From Cycas panzhihuaensis (lineage: Eukaryota; Plantae; Cycadophyta), in assembly GCA_023213395.1 (NCBI GenBank), contig CM041465.1, positions 50,537,741 through 50,601,740 of the forward strand: a stretch of 64,000 bases of DNA. Direction: 5' to 3'. Positions 38,501-50,415 of the stretch are shown one piece after another (positions within the stretch are counted from its first letter, which is position 1; the number at the start of each line of letters is the position of its first letter). The position numbers were made by a program, and so were the translations under genes. The notes under the pieces are model-generated. The model searched no databases. It had not been told where the DNA came from and saw nothing but the letters and a program-made list of their open reading frames with translations.

Positions 38501-41500
38501 AAACAAAGCAAGTGTTAGAAGAACTAGACCAGACAGAGACTATGTTGCCAATGGGGAAACCCGAAACCAAGCATGTGTATGTGAGGAAAAATAGACAAAA
38601 AGAGAAAAAAAAAATATCAGAAGAACAAAAAACACAACCCCAATTGGTGCAAATGGAAGAATTGTTTAAGGGATTACTAGCAGAAGATATTCCACGAATG
38701 TTGTTGTTGATGGAGAACTTGGTGAAACAATTGCAACTAACGATCCCCCTATGCCAAGTGATACATTGGATTAAAGGAGGAATATTACAACAACAAGGAA
38801 TCACCAAGAGTTTGAAAAAAGTGATGCCATCTTTCGACATGGATCCCATGGTGACAATCACAGTTTTGGGAGAAAAATTTTGAGAGTAATCGTGGATGGA
38901 GGAGCTGCTGTGAATGTACTACCCACCTCGACATGGTGGAAGTTAGAGAGCCCAAAGTTAGAAGCAACAACTTATTCGCTGAAACTAGCCAATGAATTGT
39001 TGGTGCGACCCATGGGAAAACTGGCCAACATCAAAGTGGATGTCACAAGAATCGTCGTGAAAATCGATTTTACAATTGTGGAAACGAAGAAAGGTGCAAC
39101 TCTCTATCCAACCTTATTTGGGAGACCTTGGCTATACAAAACCCAATGTCTCCAAAGTTGGAAAGATGTAACCTTCACCTTGTCAGATGGAGGGAATGAA
39201 GTGGTATTACCAATGTTGGAGAAGAATTCCACTGACGTGATACCTGACGATGGTTCAAGTACAACCATTGTGAGTGAAGCAACAACCTCTTCATTTGATG
39301 AAGGAAATCTCTACCACACAGCCGAAGAACCAACCAAAATGATCGATCTCCAAGAGACAGAGCCGACGTACTTTGGAGAAATCTACAATTTCTTAGATAA
39401 TGAAAATGGAATGAAATTCGTGGATTACTGGCTACAAGATGCATATGAAGTCAACCCCTCATCCTATAGGTGTAACCTACTTTCTCGGCATGTAATTGAG
39501 GACGTTGATATTAAATCTAAATCTGTTGATTATACGAGTATTAATAATAACATTAAAAACCTAGACCCAAACCCAAATTCCCCTTTTAATCCAAACCCTT
39601 ACCTTAATTCACCTCCTGATACCCCAACCTTCTCTACCCTAACCTTCCGTCTACCTCCGGTGTGGGTCCTGAGGTAGATTGCCCTTCTCCACCCCCATCC
39701 CAACCTAAGGAAGAAAGTAACAAACCTTCCTTATCTTCTTTAGAGGTACACCTACCCAGCGAAAGATCCTTTTCAACCATCGGCGCCAAATTTAAGGAAG
39801 AAGAAAAGGAACTTGCTGAGAGTATCCCTAGAGATTCCGGTCTAGGAAACAAAATTGCCACTCCAGATAGAAATCATGGAGAATACGTTAGAGATTATGT
39901 GAAGCCCTTTTATGGAGAACAACTATATGGAACTACCCACTTAATACACTGTATAAAACATTGGTTGGAAGAAGGAATAATAAACCGAGATCAATTAAGG
40001 GATCATAAGAAGAAACTGACAAAGCATACCACACCAAGGAAAAGGCGAAGAAAGGCAAGGCACGACCGCCACAACAAGACATCGTATTTCAAGAAGGGTG
40101 ATTGAGTATGGCAATTCAACAACAAATCCCAAACACCCCAGGGAGAATTGAAGATGCATTGGAAAGGCCCATATATGATTGAGAAGGTGTACAAGAATGG
40201 CACTATCCAATTTGAAGAAACTATCAGGCCAGCTACTGCCTGAATTGGTCAAGGGTAGTAAACTGAAACCCTATATCAACTAGGGTGGAGCAACTTACCA
40301 GCCGAATCAGTTGGTTGTACCATATCATGTTGCATGAAGTTGAGGCAAATCAGATTGCCTTAATACCAGAACGTGATTCAATTCGGTATGTAACAAAAAA
40401 TTTAAAAAAATAAAAAAAAAACAGAAAAAAATATCCATAACTCATATCATACAAATAAGTAATATGGTAAAGCATGGAGGAAAGATATATTATCATACGA
40501 AAAATCAAAGGAAAGTTGAACAAAACAAGACAAAGGTATTATTAAAAAAAAAAAACACTAATAGATGAGGATTTATTAACCATGAATGGCGACCAAGTAG
40601 CGAAGCAGAGGCAGCAAGGGCAGCTTTAGAACAAAGAGGAGGAGGAATACCCCAAATTTTGAATTTTTTGTTGAGCAAGGATGCTCAACCCAATCATATT
40701 GACCCGGGATAGATGTTGGGACATATTTTGACACATAGACCTTGAGGAAGACGGAATACAGGCTTGTATTGACCAGAGGAATGGAGGTACGCGTAGTGGA
40801 AAAAGGTGGGAAATATGCAATCTAGGTATCGATGATGACACGCACAGTCACGCACTTTTTGGGTACGCATTATAGGATACATATCGTTTCTGGTACGCTA
40901 ACAGACAACAAGGTACATATGGACAGATCTGACCCAAAGGCACCCAGAAATGATGACGTCAACCCAAAAGGACATATGTACGGATGTACAAATCAGAAAA
41001 GACACTATTAAGGAGACTTAATCATGTGTAAAGTGAAAGGGTACCTTGGTGACCAAAAGGTATGGTTATGACTTTGGGTCATAACCTTTCACCCAAAAGG
41101 CATCAAAGGGACATATTTAATGATGCTTTGAGGATCATTCCAGTGTGAGAGCCGAGTGATTCAATCCTATGGTATACTCTCAAGGGTGAGAGCCAAGTAT
41201 TCAGACACTCAATGGTACGGGAGCCAGTACGTATGACAACAGCCTAAAGCAGTGTATAATGATGGGTACCTTCCAAGTACGCATGTGACAATAGCAGTGT
41301 ATGTGGCTGGAATGCACAGGGAATGCATTCCAGCACCTTGTGTACAAAGACTTATTGCTTAATAAAAGAAGAGTTACGTGGAAATGTTGATTTTATGTGT
41401 TTTATGAAGATTGGATGCTGAATATGTGCTGATTACTATATTGCTGTGTGTAAACTGTGACATGATTATGTGGAATTGTTAATAAATCTGTGTGATCTAT

Positions 41501-41597
41501 GTGGATGAATATGTAGACTGTATCCTAGACTAGACTACCTGTGCTATCTTGACAAGTGTACCTATCTCATGAGTGTAGTGAGAAACCATAGTCAACA
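35539..41597 (+). mobile_element. Nested non-autonomous Gypsy derivative (gag, protease and integrase C-terminal GPY remnant only), 6059 bp
   Basis: LTRs at 35539-36443 and 40714-41597 (~6% divergent plus indels). TSD GGAAC at 35534-35538 and 41598-41602. PBS tggttctgttgcc at 36445. gag ORFs 37531-38883, protease VIVDGGAAVNV, HWKGPY at ~40157. No RT, RNase H or integrase core. Confidence 0.93.
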
Positions 41598-43021
41598 GGA
41601 ACCAACAACAGGAATCCAGGATGATTTCCCAAATGTAGAATTGTTTGCCATTCAAGCAGTACCTGAATGGTACGAGGATATCGCACAATTTCTATCAATT
41701 GAACAAACACTGTTGGGGTTGGAACGTGCTGAATGACAAAGCTTCATCAAAAAACTTTTCCTTTCCAATTGATCCAAGGAATGTTGTATAGGATGGGACT
41801 TGATCAAATTTTAAGGAGATGCATAATAGGACATGAAGTGGAAGTTGTCATTCGAGAAGTGCATGAAGGAGTTGTAGCCAAACACCAAGGTGCAGAATCA
41901 ACAAGCAAAAAAAATTTATTGGTAGGTCTATGGTGGCCTACAATATGAGGATGTACGAAAATGGGTGTAGAGCTGTGACATTTGCCAACAGGTGGGGGAG
42001 TTGGAAAAAAATCATTTCATGCCTTCGTGTCCTATATTGGCTCAAGCTCCATTTGAAAAATGGGGGTTGAACTTTATTGGACCTATTAGCCCACCAGCTC
42101 GGCGTACAAATGCGAGATACATTTTGGTCACCACTGATTTTTTAACAAAATGGACAGAAGCCAAAGCAATGAAAACATGCAATGTTCAAAGTACAGTTAA
42201 ATTTTTATATGAGATGATAATTATTCGATTTGGTTGTCTGTTAGAGATTGTCTCGGATCAAGGTAGCAGCTTCCTTAACGAAATGATAAAGCATTTGATT
42301 GCAGGAATTCTCCGTTCAACATTCAAAATCTTTTCTGTATTACCCGCGGGCAAATGGGCAGGTAGAAAGTACAAATAAAATTTTGAAATTAGCATTATCT
42401 AAAATTTGCAATCAGGGATGTACGGATTGGGCGGAGCGACTCCATTGAGTTTTATGGGTTGATAGGACAACGATAAAGTGATCTCATAAACAAATTCCAT
42501 TCCAGTTGGTTTATGGATTGGAAGTCGTACTTCTTATAGAATTTTAAATAGAAAGTCTGAAAGTGGCATTTGAGTTACGGCTGCCAGAGAATGATTCACA
42601 AGATCAATAGTATGTAGATTTAATGAAGTTGGACAAAAAACGGGCGAGAGCTTGGTGGGAACTGAAAGCAGAAAAGATGAGAAGAAGGCATGGCATGATT
42701 GACACCTCAAAGTTCTGCAATTTCAAGAGGGAGATCTTGTTTTTCTTTATGACAACAAATTCTAAATTAAACTTGGGAAATTGAAATTGAGATGGCTTGA
42801 TCCATACAAGGTAAACCACATCTAGTCAAATGGAGTAGTGCGACTCCAACAGGTTGATGGGACATTGTTGAAAAAACCAGTCAACGGAAGTCGACTGAAA
42901 AGGTATATAACAAAATTAAAAAAAAAAAAGAGGAGAAGAACCATAGGAATAGAATTCTCTTATGACTTCAATCATGGAAGTAGATGATTGCAACATGGAT
43001 AAAAAAAAGTCCAATCAGGAA

Positions 43022-43520
43022 GCAAAAAGTTGCAACTTGGACGCAAAGTTGCAACTTGGATGCAAAGTTGCAACTCAGAAACAAAGTTGCAACTAGGACG
43101 TAAAGTTATAACCTGGAAGCAAAGTTGCAACTCGGATGCAAAGTTGCAGCTCAGACGCAAAGTTGCAACTCAGAAGCAAAGTTGCAACTATGACGCAAAG
43201 TTGCAATTCAGACACAAAGTTGTAACTTGGACACAAAGTTGCAACTCGGGCGCAAAGTTGCAACTTGGAAGCAAAGTGGCAACACGAACGCAAAGTTGCA
43301 ACTTGGATGCAAAGTAGCAACTTAGAAGCAGAGTGACAATCCATAAGCAAAATTACAATTTGGACGCAAAGTCGCAACTCAGGCACAACTTGGATGCAAA
43401 AATTACTCCCTCATGCAAAGTGGAAATTTAGACGCAAAGTGTAAACTCGATGCAAAGTTATAGACGCAAGTAACACAACTCGGATGTGAAGTTGCAATTC
43501 GAGCGTAACCAATGCAACTT
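43022..43520. repeat. 19-bp tandem array (consensus GCAAAGTTGCAACTYRGAH), ~19 good units plus ~6 decayed units
   Basis: Read directly from the sequence. The core AGTTGCAACT is palindromic. The array lies just 3' of integrase. Confidence 0.95.
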
Positions 43521-44199
43521 GGGGACACAAGCATTGCCACTTAGAATTAAAATTGCCATTCGTGTGTCACAATTTTGATATAAGCAATATAAGTCGCCCA
43601 CAACAGGCAATCAGAACATGAGAGGTTGGAACTAAGATATCAGACAAATTAGTACAACCTAGTTACAAGAATTAAAATTTGGAAAGTAAGGATCTGTGGC
43701 AAGCTAGAATAGCAAGCAATTATAACCTAGTTGTAAGGTGCTTACAACCAGGATAACAAGCCATAACATAGGATAATTGCAATTGCAACAAAAGTAGTTG
43801 CAGTTAAGCAGAACAATTGAGAGTTGAAGGAAAAAAATGGCAAACCTAGTAGAAGATAGAAAGCTTGCGAAGGAACGTACTAAATCAAGAAAAAGCCGAA
43901 AGGAAAGTCATTAATGGTGACAACGATGAAGCGACGAAAATCAACGACAACCAATAGTCACACATACCAAATCAAGTGGAGCATGAAGATGATGACAAGT
44001 GGCCTACATGCATTGGACAAACGAAAAGGGGGTATGTTGGGAGTCGCAACCGAGTAATTGCAACCATGAATCGAGTCATGATGGTTTTGCATGGCTTAGT
44101 GGGAAATAAGCGACAAAATTGAAGACGAACCAGAAAGATTTTGAAGACAAACCAGGAAAATTAAAGACAAAGCAGGAAAATTCTAAGGAATTGTGAACA

Positions 44200-46534
44200 A
44201 GCAAAATGGACATTGCACAGATTCAGATCAATTTGCGAGAGGGAGACGATGAAAAAATTGGGCATGAATGGTGGGACATGTCAGACGATGATGAAAGAAA
44301 AATAATTTTGACGAAGGCCGAATTTGGCTAGTTTGTGTAGGTAGGGTTATTTCCAGCTGCAACAAATTTTTTGATAGACATGATTCAACTCGTGGTCCAA
44401 CAACCCGATCTTGTAGATATATCAGCAAAAGCCATCGCAGACATTTCAGGGTTACTAGACTCGGGAAAAGCGGTACCCAGAGACAAAAGAATTCCGCAGG
44501 AGAGGGCGATAGAGCAATTGGGTGCCCAAATTTCAGGCGTATCTACATCGGGTATTCGCATTGCGGGGATTGCAGATAGTTTGACACATTGGGTGGCCCG
44601 TTTTCTTTTCACGAGGGTAATATTGAGTCAAAAGAACTCGTTTGTGCCCACAGAGATGAGATCAACACTATTTCAAGTAGTGAGGAGGGAAATGTTTAAT
44701 TGGGCAGCATTTTTTAGAGGAAGATTTCTAGAGAAATTGGCAAGTATTAAGGCCAAATCTCAGTCAGTTGTATTCTATCATTAGAGTCTGTTTCATGGAC
44801 TATTATACTCTCAGTGTCCAGAGATAAAGTTACCTGAAGGGAAATCAGGGAAAGCGGCAATGATGACTTGGATTAGTCATTTTAGACATAATGGAGAAAC
44901 TTGGCAAAGAGAGCTTCAAGAAAAGGTTAAGGATTTTTTTTTGAGGAAGGCCTAGGCTGGTAATCTTCAGACGAGACAAATAGGGGAAAAAGGAAGGAAA
45001 CGATAGTGGGAAGAGGTGACCTCACAGGCAGAGAAGAAGGAAGAAGAGGAGCAGAAAGAGATGAAGAAGGAGGAGGAAATCAGAAAGAGGAAACATGTTG
45101 AGAATATAAGGTCCCAACCCTTAAACCGCCACCAAGATCTAACCTATTCTTGCAACTGGTTACAAAAATCAAAACTAAAGATTACATGCAAGTTCTTAAA
45201 CCAGAGATAAAACAAATAAACTGAACAAGAAAGCCAAGCACATAAATACACCCGATATAACGTGGTAAAACCCTAGTAGTGTGCTAGGGAAACATCCACA
45301 CAGGAAAGGTATCGATCTTTATTGTTATAGAATGGAGAAAATGTACATAATCCTGCAGCAGAGTGCTCACAGCAACAACAACCAGCTGCCCAACTCTTCA
45401 CAGTACATTGAACAACCTCAACATAATGAAATATGCCCTAAATCGGGCTACATGAGAGAGTCATACAAGGCACAAATCTGGACTATAGAATCTAGGGTAT
45501 TTTTATCGGACGACCCTGATTCTCTTTACAATTTAATATAGTTTCCAGTGCTAATTTTTTGAGCCTGAGCTATCGCCCCCAAACCCCCTCTTAGTGGGGG
45601 CGTTCCCACCCCCAAGGGGGGCCCCACCCCCCTTGAAACCCCCCGAGAAAGGTTTAGGGGGGGAATCGCGCTACCAACATGCCAAAATTTAAACCTCCAA
45701 CCATTGTTGTCATATTACCCAACAAAACAGAAAGTAGATGGCATGTTGGTTCAAGAGGAAGCAGTCGAGCAACAACTAGAAAAAATCTTTAACACTGAAG
45801 AAGAGAAAAGATGGAAAAGAAGAATTGCTGCGGAAAAAGTAAAGAAGGAGATTCTAGAGATTTTGAACAGCCAACTAGCCGAAGTAGATTTTGATTTTAA
45901 TAATGAAGAGTTGACAGAAGAAGGAATCGATCCAATGGAGTGTCAGCCACATATTGTGGCACACTGGAAGATTTCATTTCTAGCTAAGGTCATTCGGCAT
46001 TTGGTGACCGAGTTAGAAGTTAGAAATAAGAGACCCCCTCCAGACATTCTGAGAATTCAGAAGGTAGAAGACTAGCTAGTTGCTTGTGAAGCAAAATTGG
46101 ACTTCTTGATTAAGTTCATCATGCATTGGGTAGGAGATACTTTCCGTGTGAAGCATTTGGTATCAGCTTTCGGCGTCCGATTCGACGAACAAATCCCACT
46201 AGGGTTGGAGAAGGTGATTCGGAAGTTGGGTGCTTGGATAATGCAGATCCGGGAAGATGCAGAATATGCCAATCATTTCTGGTCAATAATTAAATCCTTG
46301 CGACAGGCTCTGTTCTCAGTAGAAACAAGGAAATGTGAACTGGAAGAGGAGATTGAATTGTTGCATTCTAGAGAAAAATCAACAATGGCTCAATTGCAGG
46401 CGTTGCGCAACATGGTGATCCTCTATGACCATTGTAAGAAACAAGGTATAAATCCACCTTGCACTGTGTACAGACCTGATCTGCAGCGGATTCGTGCAGA
46501 GATGGAAAAGATTGAAAGGGCCAAAGAAATTTAA
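44200..46534 (+). pseudogene. Decayed extra ORF downstream of pol in the Gypsy element
   Basis: Same-strand ORF pieces 44371-44784 (…REMFNWAAFF…), 45016-45095 (E/K-rich), 45704-46075 and 46097-46534 (coiled-coil-like). Confidence 0.6.
45096..45679. mobile_element. Solo-LTR-like insertion (584 bp) without a matching TSD
   Basis: TGTTG...CAACA ends and an acgtggtaaaaccc LTR-type motif. Interrupts the extra ORF. Flanks AAACA and TGCCA differ. Confidence 0.65.
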
Positions 46535-47006
46535 ATTGTCATGTATTGTTTTTTTTCTCTTCTCTTTTCTCATTTTGAATTTTGGGCTTACAAGTAAGAA
46601 TACTTGTAAGTTTTGTGAAGGGAGAGATGTGTGGTAGTTAAGTTGCAACTCTTTTTGTTTGTATTAGGAATAGTTGCAACTAACTCAAAGCCACAGTGAA
46701 TGTAAATATCATGTCGCAAAGAGTGGAAGGGGAGAGGTTTTCTTTCTGAGAAAATTGTAATAATCTGTTCGTCATCACACGGAATGTAGTCAGTTGCATT
46801 TCGTGCCTACTGTAAAAGCCCATTTCTGTGTGGATTGTTCTGGGTTGTCTCTGGTTGTGAGAGAACCAGAGCAACCCATCATAATGTAATGATGATGGTT
46901 TTTGTGCTCTCATATTTACATGTCTTCATGCTATGGTGAATGATTGCAATTGGTATGATTTTCTGTGCTTGTTTCTTTACGTGATAAAGGACGCAGCACA
47001 CACACA

Positions 47007-47723
47007 CACATATTATGGGTCTTCATTTTCTCTTCTATTGAAAGTAGACAATTTTTGTTCTCCACCTTTTTGTGTAGCCATATTGTGTACTATTTGCTTC
47101 CAACTCCTTGCCTCTAACCTCGATCCTAGGTTCTCACTTTCTATCACTAGTTGTTGTCACCAATTGTGGTGGAATAAGCTCTTGTTACTTCCTAGATCGA
47201 CAATGGGGCCAAATGTTGAATAGGTTTTACCCCAAGTTGGGTCTAGAAAGAACAAGGAAGGAATAGGGTCAAGGTTGTTAGTCTATAGGTCTCGACATGT
47301 CATGGATGTATGTCCTATGATCATGTTGTAAGATTCATCATGATGTAAACACATGCATCAAAATGCAACAATTGACACAAAAGCATTTATGGAAAGTAAC
47401 ATAGGCTATAATACAAATGTACGCTATTTACATATGATACACCAACCAACCATTGCCTCTCGTATTAATTATGATATACTATTAGTACAATAAATAGATT
47501 TTACTTTATTACACAATCATCATAGATGAGTCCCATCCCTAGGTTCAGTACAAGGACTCACACTATAAACTTCACTTGTTCCTTTAATTCTGATCTACCA
47601 TCTTATGCCTCCTTGCTCTTGCAATCCATTCGCTTAAATACACTTTCCCTCATAACCCCTTTATGTCATGATGAACATCCTTTCATAATGATTGTTAATA
47701 ATCATGTAAATGATGCCCTAACA
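47007..47723 (-). mobile_element. 5' end of the outer old Gypsy: gag start, degenerate tRNA-Asp-like PBS (~47198-47211), LTR 47214-47723
   Basis: Reverse complement tggccccattgtcg resembles TGGCGCCGTTGCCG and lies next to a TGTT..AACA segment. Confidence 0.6.
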
Positions 47724-48779
47724 AAATGTGTGAAAAGAAAGTAGCATGGAATATGGCAATTTCTACTTTGAAGCACATGTGCAGTTCTTTGTCTGATTGG
47801 TCATTTTGACTTGAGTTGATAAATTGTTGCAATTACAGTTAGCTATTAAGACTACTTGTAAGTCTAAGAATACTGCATTTGTATAAAATGTTTTTTGGCG
47901 CTGAGGAAAGGACAGTTTATCTAATAAGTAACAGATATTGAAACTACAAGTGGTGGAGAAAGGGCAGGAGGGTGAAAAAAGGACTTTTGGGTCCAAACAA
48001 TTTTAAGCCGAATATGAAGCAACATAATTGAACAAACAAAATTTAAAATTGTGGCCCACCGTCACATAAGTGCAAACATGGAACCACTTCAATAAAATGA
48101 AACATTAGGATTCTCTGTGGTGCTTTAGGATGTCAAAGCCATATGGTCAACCCTATAAGAGTAAATGGCATCATCGAAGGGAACAACAATGATCTAACCA
48201 CTAGAGAAAATATTTGCATTGCATTCATGAACATTCTATGGTGGTTTGTTAAATTAAGTCTGTTGCATTAATAGTTCAGGCACATAAATAAGATTAAATA
48301 TGTAAAATACACTCTAAAGAGAGGAAACCAAATAACAACACCAAACAACACAGCTACAAATACAATTTCTTTATCATCCCCTGTATTTTGCATTTCCATT
48401 ATAAAAAAGGGCTACATGCATCGAACAGATCACAAACAAAATCCTCCTACATGAAGGATTGTATCTTTAACTACCAAACGTGTTGCCTTTGAAGCATGTC
48501 AAAACAAGTCACTTGTGTGCTAAAGAAAGTTTAGGCGAAGCTTATACTTTTTCATCTAGTATGGGAGTGATCTAGTCTCTCTGGAGTGTGGCAACATTGG
48601 CGTTATTGGCTACTGTAACTGACATTTTTCTCATGGATGCCTGAATCCATACAAATAGCAGGGATATAGGTAAGCAACTGAAAATAAACATCTGGCCAAT
48701 TAACAGCCCTATTGGCAAAAAATGCTAGCCACAAGCCAAAGGAAGTAGATGCAGCAACCAAGAGATTTTGGCCTAGTGG

Positions 48780-49250
48780 GAGGTCTGAAGCAAGACTAAG
48801 AAGAGAAGAAAATGTGCCTTTTATATCGACTCTGACATTGTAAACAATATCAAACTGCATGAAGAATATTGACATTGCATTCAACCATCCATCCTTGATG
48901 TAACATCTGTAGTTATTCTAAACATCAATATCATTGATCCTTACCTCTTCTTAGTGCTTAAGTTCAGTTTGTGCTGTCCAAATCTCAAGAGATAAATCTT
49001 GTAGGCTTTCCGTTAATGGACCCATTGATGGCATGGCAACCTTTGAGCATAATAAATAGCAAATTAGTAACATTGATATCCCGTTCAGTTTCTGAATCAC
49101 ATAAGAAATCATTAAGTAGACCAACCGATATTAACACTTTCACTGAGTATTTGTTGTCTATACAAATACCATCAACAAACTTGCATATATCACATGACAA
49201 TGCAAAGAGCATCTACATTTTTCTTACTACCACTGAAAATTATGCTCTTT
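48780..49250 (-). mobile_element. Possible very old PIF/Harbinger transposase relic
   Basis: Weak ordered motifs on the minus strand: VGxST-like, GSING (cf. GAIDG) and LQC..VDIKGTF (cf. LQAVVD..F). Heavily frameshifted. Confidence 0.25.
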
Positions 49251-50014
49251 AAACCAAGATTCAGAGAGTAAATTTGACCACAGAACAAGGCTCACATTGC
49301 ATGCTTGCCTCCCAAAAACAAAAAAAAAATCACAGGAGTTTAGATTATAGCAAAATGTCCAAATGGGGTGAACAACATGCAAAATACAACCTCAAAAGTG
49401 GACTAAATGGTTTTGAAAATATGACTTGACAACAACAAAATATGACCATCTGGGAACAATACAAGTAACAAACTAACAAACATTAGTGTCCCCCAAAGTA
49501 AAGGTGGAGAGCAAGTACTTCCACGTGTTGCATTGCATCAATATAAAGCAGCTGATAGTTACTGCATGGACCTTCTAAAATCAATTACGAGGAATGACCC
49601 AAATGCTATGGAGATGACTTACTGTCCATGTTTGAGGTCAAAATCTGGCCAGATTTAGTAACCAGTGTCAGCTAACGGATTTTGAGAACATTTCATTTCT
49701 GGAGAGCATTGGACAAATTTTGGAAACCAGATGGTCAGAGTTTCTGGACATTGTAACATTTTGAGGTTCTGTTTATACTTGAGCTTTTATCCTAGGTGAA
49801 AATGCTATGCACTCGGCTTTTGCAGACACTGTGGATTATCAGATGTAATTAAATTCATTTTGTTCGAGACTAATATTTCCTTTTTACTGATATTCCCCAA
49901 TCTATGTGTAGAGCTTTCAATTTTATGAATTAAGCTAGGAAAATTGTTCAGCATGTTTTGGATGCATGGTCGTTTGTAAAGACTCAGATTCTAATCGGAT
50001 GCTTAATTTTTCAG

Positions 50015-50313
50015 GATTGGCTTTCAATCCCCTGGATGGCATATTGCAGGCAGTACCACATGTGATTGCTTTGTTTCTTATCCCAACACACTTTCTTACC
50101 CATGAGGTGTTTCTATTTTGTGAGGGCGTCTGGACAACCAATATTCATGACTGTATACATGGTAAAGTTTGGCCTGTTATGGGGGCAGGTTACCATACCA
50201 TACACCATACAACGTACAGGCACAATTATGGCCACTACACAATTTGGATGGATTGGATGTTTGGAACTCTACGTGATCCAACTTTGGAGACACAGGATTT
50301 GAAGGATCAGTGA
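50015..50313 (+). CDS. DWF7: Delta(7)-sterol C5(6)-desaturase, terminal exon
   Basis: [21 protein letters not shown]...[50 protein letters not shown]-stop. Contains the third His box HTIHH; no disruptions. Confidence 0.95.
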
Positions 50314-50409
50314 TTTTTAGTTATCCTGTTTTATTTGAAGCTCAAAAGATATTTTGGTTGGTTGGTGTTGATGTAAGAGCAGCTTTATCATATCCATGGA
50401 GAAGTTGGA

Positions 50410-50415
50410 AATAAA
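50410..50415 (+). promoter_or_regulatory. Candidate polyadenylation signal AATAAA in the desaturase 3' UTR
   Basis: AATAAA 97 nt after the stop codon. Plant poly(A) signals are degenerate, so its use is uncertain. Confidence 0.3.

Larger units (their letters stand above)
30476..47006 (+). mobile_element. Full-length decayed non-chromoviral Ty3/Gypsy element (gag-PR-RT-RH-INT, tandem array, extra 3' ORF) with two nested insertions
   Basis: LTRs at 30476-30850 and 46628-47006 (~28 substitutions, ~7.5%). TSD CACAT at 30471-30475 and 47007-47011. PBS tggtttcgttgcc (tRNA-Glu-like) at 30852; PPT gaagggagaga. Motifs IIDGG, RVCVDYRALN, MPFGLTNAP, FLDD, HVDAS and integrase PFEKWG/SDQG. No chromodomain seen. 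Confidence 0.93.
3935..50014 (+). other. 46,080-bp GT-AG intron of the sterol C5-desaturase gene
   Basis: GTAGAC donor; CTAAT branch-like motif at 49991; ttttttCAG-type acceptor ending at 50014. Joining gives in-frame SPFA-G|GA-LAF, which is contiguous in the known protein family. Confidence 0.92.

Noticed and set aside
38870-38885. Programmed -1 frameshift between gag and protease (GAA AAA TTT TGA)
   Set aside because: It does not fit X_XXY_YYZ in the gag frame, and the homologous site in the host element (ORF 32582-33235) is in frame. A 1-nt loss in a T run is simpler.
43022-43520. CRISPR-like palindromic repeat array and the repetitive ORFs over it
   Set aside because: Units are head-to-tail with no unique spacers, there are no cas genes, and the context is a eukaryotic retrotransposon. 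The ORFs are by-products of the 19-bp period.
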